This document shows positions 60,228 through 64,000 of a stretch of DNA of 64,000 bases, in pieces. Numbering within the stretch: the stretch's first letter is position 1; each line of letters begins with the position of its first letter. The stretch lies in assembly GCA_000998135.1 (NCBI GenBank), contig LCCV01000004.1, positions 21,681 through 85,680 on the forward strand, written 5' to 3'. Below the pieces are notes generated by a model. It saw nothing but the letters and a program-made list of their open reading frames with translations, was not told where the DNA came from and searched no databases. The position numbers and the translations under genes were made by a program. The stretch is from Parcubacteria group bacterium GW2011_GWA2_42_14 (GTDB lineage Bacteria; Patescibacteriota; Minisyncoccia; Sungbacterales; GWA2-42-14).

Positions 60228-60989
60228 ATGATTTCGCGCCACAAACATTATATAAAAACAGCGCTGGTTACAGGCGGGGTTGAGGGTATCGGTCGGGCTG
60301 TTGTTTTGCGTCTGGTAGACGACGGTTTTCGGATTGCCATAAATTATAAAGATGCAAAAACAAAAAATTATGCCGAATTACTGGCTGAAAATTTAAGAAA
60401 GAAAAACGCCGATTTTATGATTATCAAAGCGGATATATCTCAAGAAAAACAGGTAAGAGAAATGATGCGAATAATCAAGAATAGGTTCGGCGGTTTGGAT
60501 GTTGTTGTAAATAACGCTGGAATAAATCAAACCGAAATTTTTGCCAAGCTTGATTTAAGGCGCTTTAATGATGTTTTGCAAACAAATTTGTTCGGTTCCG
60601 TTTTGGTTACGAAACATGCTTTGCCGCTTTTGAAAAAATCAAATGACCCGCGAATAATTTTTATTTCTTCGGTTAATTCTTTTATCGGCTCTCCTCATAG
60701 GGCCGCTTATATCGTTTCTAAAAGCGGAATTTTGGGCTTGTCCCGGGCTTTGGCCGCGGAGCTTGCCCCGAAAATTTTGGTAAATACGGTGGTGCCGGGA
60801 TATATTGATACCAAGATGTTTCATAAATTCAGTAGGGGTCCTGTCGGCGAAAAAATAAAAAAAATTCCACTGGGAAGAATAGGAAGGCCGGAAGAAGTGG
60901 CGTCGGTTGTATCTTTTCTTTGCTTTCAAGATGCCTCTTATATTACCGGGCAATGCATCCACGTAAACGGAGGACTTTATTTTTCATGA
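60228..60989 (+). CDS. Short-chain dehydrogenase/reductase
   Basis: [17 protein letters not shown]. Confidence 0.92.
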   Translation: MISRHKHYIKTALVTGGVEGIGRAVVLRLVDDGFRIAINYKDAKTKNYAELLAENLRKKNADFMIIKADISQEKQVREMMRIIKNRFGGLDVVVNNAGINQTEIFAKLDLRRFNDVLQTNLFGSVLVTKHALPLLKKSNDPRIIFISSVNSFIGSPHRAAYIVSKSGILGLSRALAAELAPKILVNTVVPGYIDTKMFHKFSRGPVGEKIKKIPLGRIGRPEEVASVVSFLCFQDASYITGQCIHVNGGLYFS

Positions 60990-61705
60990 TTTCTAAAAAT
61001 AAAATAAAAAAAATTAGGGTTGTGGCAATTTTATTGGCGGGAGGAAGGGGTGAAAGAATGGGAGGCGTTTTTAAACAGTTTTTAAAAATTAGCGGGAAGC
61101 CGGTCTTTTTTTATTCTTTGGAGAAATTGATTGACAATGAATTTATTAACGAAATTATTGTCGTTGTTCCCGAACAAAAAGTAAATTATACTAAACGTCT
61201 TATTGAAAAAAAATTAAATAATGCAAAAGTTAGGGTTATTCCGTGTGAAAAAACGCGAAAATTATCGTCTTCGCGCGTAATTTTTGATTTTAAAAAAAGA
61301 GAATGTCCGCCGGATTATGTCATTTTTCACGATGCCGCCCGCCCGGCAATTTCTGAACGCATAGTCAATAGTGTTATTTGCGAAGCCGTTCGTTGCGGCG
61401 GGGCGGTTGTTGCCGGAAAAGCGGCCGACCTTATTTTTGAAGCCGGAAGCGGGTATATACATCGCGCCATACCCAAAGAAATGGCGTATTGTGGTTTTAC
61501 TCCGCAATGTTTTCGGTTCAAAGACCTATATGAGGCGCATAAAAAATCTGCCGATAAAAAAATTTTTGATTCGGCGGATAATATTGAACTTTTATTGCGT
61601 TTTTCCAAAAAATGCCGTATTAAACTAATTGAGTATTCGCGGCCCATTCATAAAATTACTTTTTCGTACGATATCGCGATGATTAAGCAGTTTTTAAAAA
61701 AATGA
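60986..61705 (+). CDS. IspD/TarI family cytidylyltransferase
   Basis: [26 protein letters not shown]. Confidence 0.9.
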   Translation: MISKNKIKKIRVVAILLAGGRGERMGGVFKQFLKISGKPVFFYSLEKLIDNEFINEIIVVVPEQKVNYTKRLIEKKLNNAKVRVIPCEKTRKLSSSRVIFDFKKRECPPDYVIFHDAARPAISERIVNSVICEAVRCGGAVVAGKAADLIFEAGSGYIHRAIPKEMAYCGFTPQCFRFKDLYEAHKKSADKKIFDSADNIELLLRFSKKCRIKLIEYSRPIHKITFSYDIAMIKQFLKK

Positions 61706-61711
61706 CGCTCT

Positions 61712-63070
61712 ATGGAAATTGGTTTGAATAAAAAATATCAAGATAATCCCAATCCAAACGCAAAAATCGGGTTTGTTATTATGTACCCTTTTCAGTTTAA
61801 CGTGTTTAAGAATGTATACGAGCGCCTTAAAGATGAAGCGGAGTTTATTATTGATGGCGGCCGATTTTTTCCTAATCCGCCGCCTCCGGAAATTATTGAA
61901 AACTGCATTAGAACTTTACAAGAACAAGGCGTTTATTTCAGGGTTCTTTATTATGAAGATTATCGGCGCCAAAAATACCTTGTGGATTTTTTTTCAAATT
62001 ATAAGGCGTTAGTAGGGTTATGGAGAAGCGGCTGTCTGGTTATTCCCCAGACCGATAAGGCGCGCAAGGTTCATATGAATTATGGCGCGGGAAAGGAACT
62101 TACTATGTTTTGGTCGCGACACCGGGATTGGGATTTGTATCTTTGCTTGGGGCCGCGCGTATATGAGATTATTAAACTTTTTACCTGGGCGGAAATTGTC
62201 GGCTACCCGAAATTTGACGATTGGTTTAATGATACCGTGGACGAAAACGCGGTTTCAGAAATTAAAAAAAAATTGGACCCTTCAAAAAAAACGGTTCTTT
62301 ACCTTCCGACTCACGGAGACCTTTCTTCAATAGACGCGCTTGCCGGCGAGCTTAGAAAAAATACATCACTTTATAATATTTTGGTGAAGCCCCATTATTA
62401 CACTCCATTGGAAGAACCTGACCGCATAAAGAAATTGCAACATAATGGTATTATCCTTTTTCAGGATGAAAGTGATACCTTGCCGTTTTTTAAGGTTGCG
62501 GATGCCGTTGTGAGCGACAATTCCAGCGCTATTTTTGACGCCATTTTGGCCGATAAGCCGGTTGTGGTTACCGATTTTTTGTCGGAAGAGTATTTAAATG
62601 ATGAGCATAAAAAACTGAAATCTTTTCGTTTCCGCCTGCCTGAGGGCGCCCTGACTTATTCGCAAAGTATTGAACAGAGAATAAAGCGCGACGGTTCGGT
62701 GGTTGCCCTAAAAAAAGCGGCAGAATTTAAAAATGCGGTGGAACAGGCATTGGCCGACGGCCAACAGTTTCAAGAAGCAAGAAAAAAGTTGCGGGAAGAA
62801 ATTTTTGCTTTCAATGACGGAAAATGTGGGGAGCGCGCGGCTTGCGCGATTCAGAAACTTATTTCTTTGGAACGCCTTCCGGAAAAACCGATTTTGTATC
62901 ATGTGTTTGAAGCGGAGTATCAGGTGTTTAGAGAATATTCAAACGCGCTTAGCAAAACCGGTCCGTCAGGCAGAAGCATAATGGATTATTATAGCTCAAG
63001 AGCGGTTTTTCGAATAAAGTCCCTGCCGTTTTTTAAGCGCGTGGCAACTGTCATAAAAGAGTTTTTTTAA
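61712..63070 (+). CDS. CDP-glycerol/ribitol phosphotransferase (TagF-like), paralog of 58895
   Basis: GYPKFD, LYLPTH, ADAVVSDNSS; shares NPNPNAKI and [10 protein letters not shown] with the paralog. Confidence 0.8.
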   Translation: MEIGLNKKYQDNPNPNAKIGFVIMYPFQFNVFKNVYERLKDEAEFIIDGGRFFPNPPPPEIIENCIRTLQEQGVYFRVLYYEDYRRQKYLVDFFSNYKALVGLWRSGCLVIPQTDKARKVHMNYGAGKELTMFWSRHRDWDLYLCLGPRVYEIIKLFTWAEIVGYPKFDDWFNDTVDENAVSEIKKKLDPSKKTVLYLPTHGDLSSIDALAGELRKNTSLYNILVKPHYYTPLEEPDRIKKLQHNGIILFQDESDTLPFFKVADAVVSDNSSAIFDAILADKPVVVTDFLSEEYLNDEHKKLKSFRFRLPEGALTYSQSIEQRIKRDGSVVALKKAAEFKNAVEQALADGQQFQEARKKLREEIFAFNDGKCGERAACAIQKLISLERLPEKPILYHVFEAEYQVFREYSNALSKTGPSGRSIMDYYSSRAVFRIKSLPFFKRVATVIKEFF

Positions 63071-63261
63071 CTGTTTGTCTGCGAAAACAAGCGATAGTGA
63101 AGTTTGAACAGCAACAAACAGTTAACCCCTCACCAATCTTGTGGTTGCCTTGGGCCGGAATTCAAAAAGCCGAGAACACTTTTCCGGTGTTCGAGGCGAA
63201 TGCTGTGAGATTATTCCTTGTTTATTCTTACAGTTTTTTTGAGATTGGTGAGGGGTTAATT

Positions 63262-64000
63262 TCATCTGTTTTTTATTATCATATATTTTCCGAGCCACAG
63301 GCAGGCATTTATGTTTATTTCAAGAAAAATAAAAAATAATGCCTGCGAAATTGTTTTTTGAAAAATTTCATCGTTCAGGGCTTTTATAATATGTGATGTT
63401 CCGGCAAGAGCGCGCCAGAGAGAAGTTTTGAATGAAGTATTGAACACCGGGCATGTCGGATGAATTTTTGAAATAAGAAAGCAATCATATCCAACGCGAA
63501 GCCAGTATCTGACAAATTTTCTAAAATTAAAGTCGGCCTCGTGCGGAATGAATACGGGACGATAGAGAAGGGGCGCGCCGAGCTTGTGGAGTCGGATTTT
63601 AAGTTCCCAATCGTTGAATGTTCTTAAATTATGGTTGAACCCGCCGCAATCCAAAAGCGCCTGTTTTCGGTAACATACGTTTGCCGTATCGCCGCAATTG
63701 TTGAAAGGGCTCATTGTAGCGGACTTGCATTCGGCTTTCATATAAGGAAGCCGCCGCCAGAACATAAATGTGTCATAACGGCTTGGTTCGGCTCCGTTAT
63801 CGCGATGCGGTTTTTTCCATCCGCCGACGGCGATGCATTCCTTATTAGTTTCAAACGCGCTGAGGAATTGGTATAGCCATTCCGGAGGAGCGATGCAGTC
63901 GTCATCGGTTATAGCTATGAATTCTCCACCCGAGGAGAGTATTCCCGCGTTTCTGGCAAACGAAGAGCCGAGATTTTTTTCAAGCGTTATCAGGGTAATG
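63262..64000 (-). CDS. Family 2 glycosyltransferase, partial (start beyond the right edge)
   Basis: Frame extends upstream of the tracked ORF: NLGSSFARNAG...FIAITDDDC...GGF....NDWEL. Confidence 0.85.
   Translation of the reverse strand, partial: ITLITLEKNLGSSFARNAGILSSGGEFIAITDDDCIAPPEWLYQFLSAFETNKECIAVGGWKKPHRDNGAEPSRYDTFMFWRRLPYMKAECKSATMSPFNNCGDTANVCYRKQALLDCGGFNHNLRTFNDWELKIRLHKLGAPLLYRPVFIPHEADFNFRKFVRYWLRVGYDCFLISKIHPTCPVFNTSFKTSLWRALAGTSHIIKALNDEIFQKTISQALFFIFLEININACLWLGKYMIIKNR

Overview
Bacterial chromosome segment, most likely from a Patescibacteria (CPR, Parcubacteria-type) genome using the standard code. The taxonomy is inferred from gene content, leaderless starts and repeat style, not from a search. 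Core genes are gatA/gatC/gatB, ligA, gyrB, secE-nusG-rplK, tmk, thyX, mgtE, three type IV pilin-like genes and tRNA-Gly(CCC). Accessory blocks are: a vWA / J-domain kinase / PP2C / pyruvate-kinase-like module; a nucleotide salvage or modified-base cluster; peptidoglycan enzymes; about seven toxin-antitoxin-type modules; a FabH + AstA-like + three acyl-CoA-ligase cluster; and a teichoic-acid-like polymer cluster. The most striking structure is a tandem array of three single-gene cassettes plus one palindromic mini-element stacked at the 3' end of tRNA-Gly (31309-34129). Each cassette has the same conserved arms (GGTTCTAAC boxes) and joins through halves of an imperfect palindrome AAAAGTGCAC-N4-GTGGACTTTT; no recombinase is present in the window. 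Other notable patterns: palindromic elements and heptamer repeats inserted in frame in essential genes, TA modules bracketed by 61-72 bp duplications of neighbouring gene ends, and two apparent promoter classes (leaderless versus boxA-like leader). All protein family calls come from motif recognition by eye.
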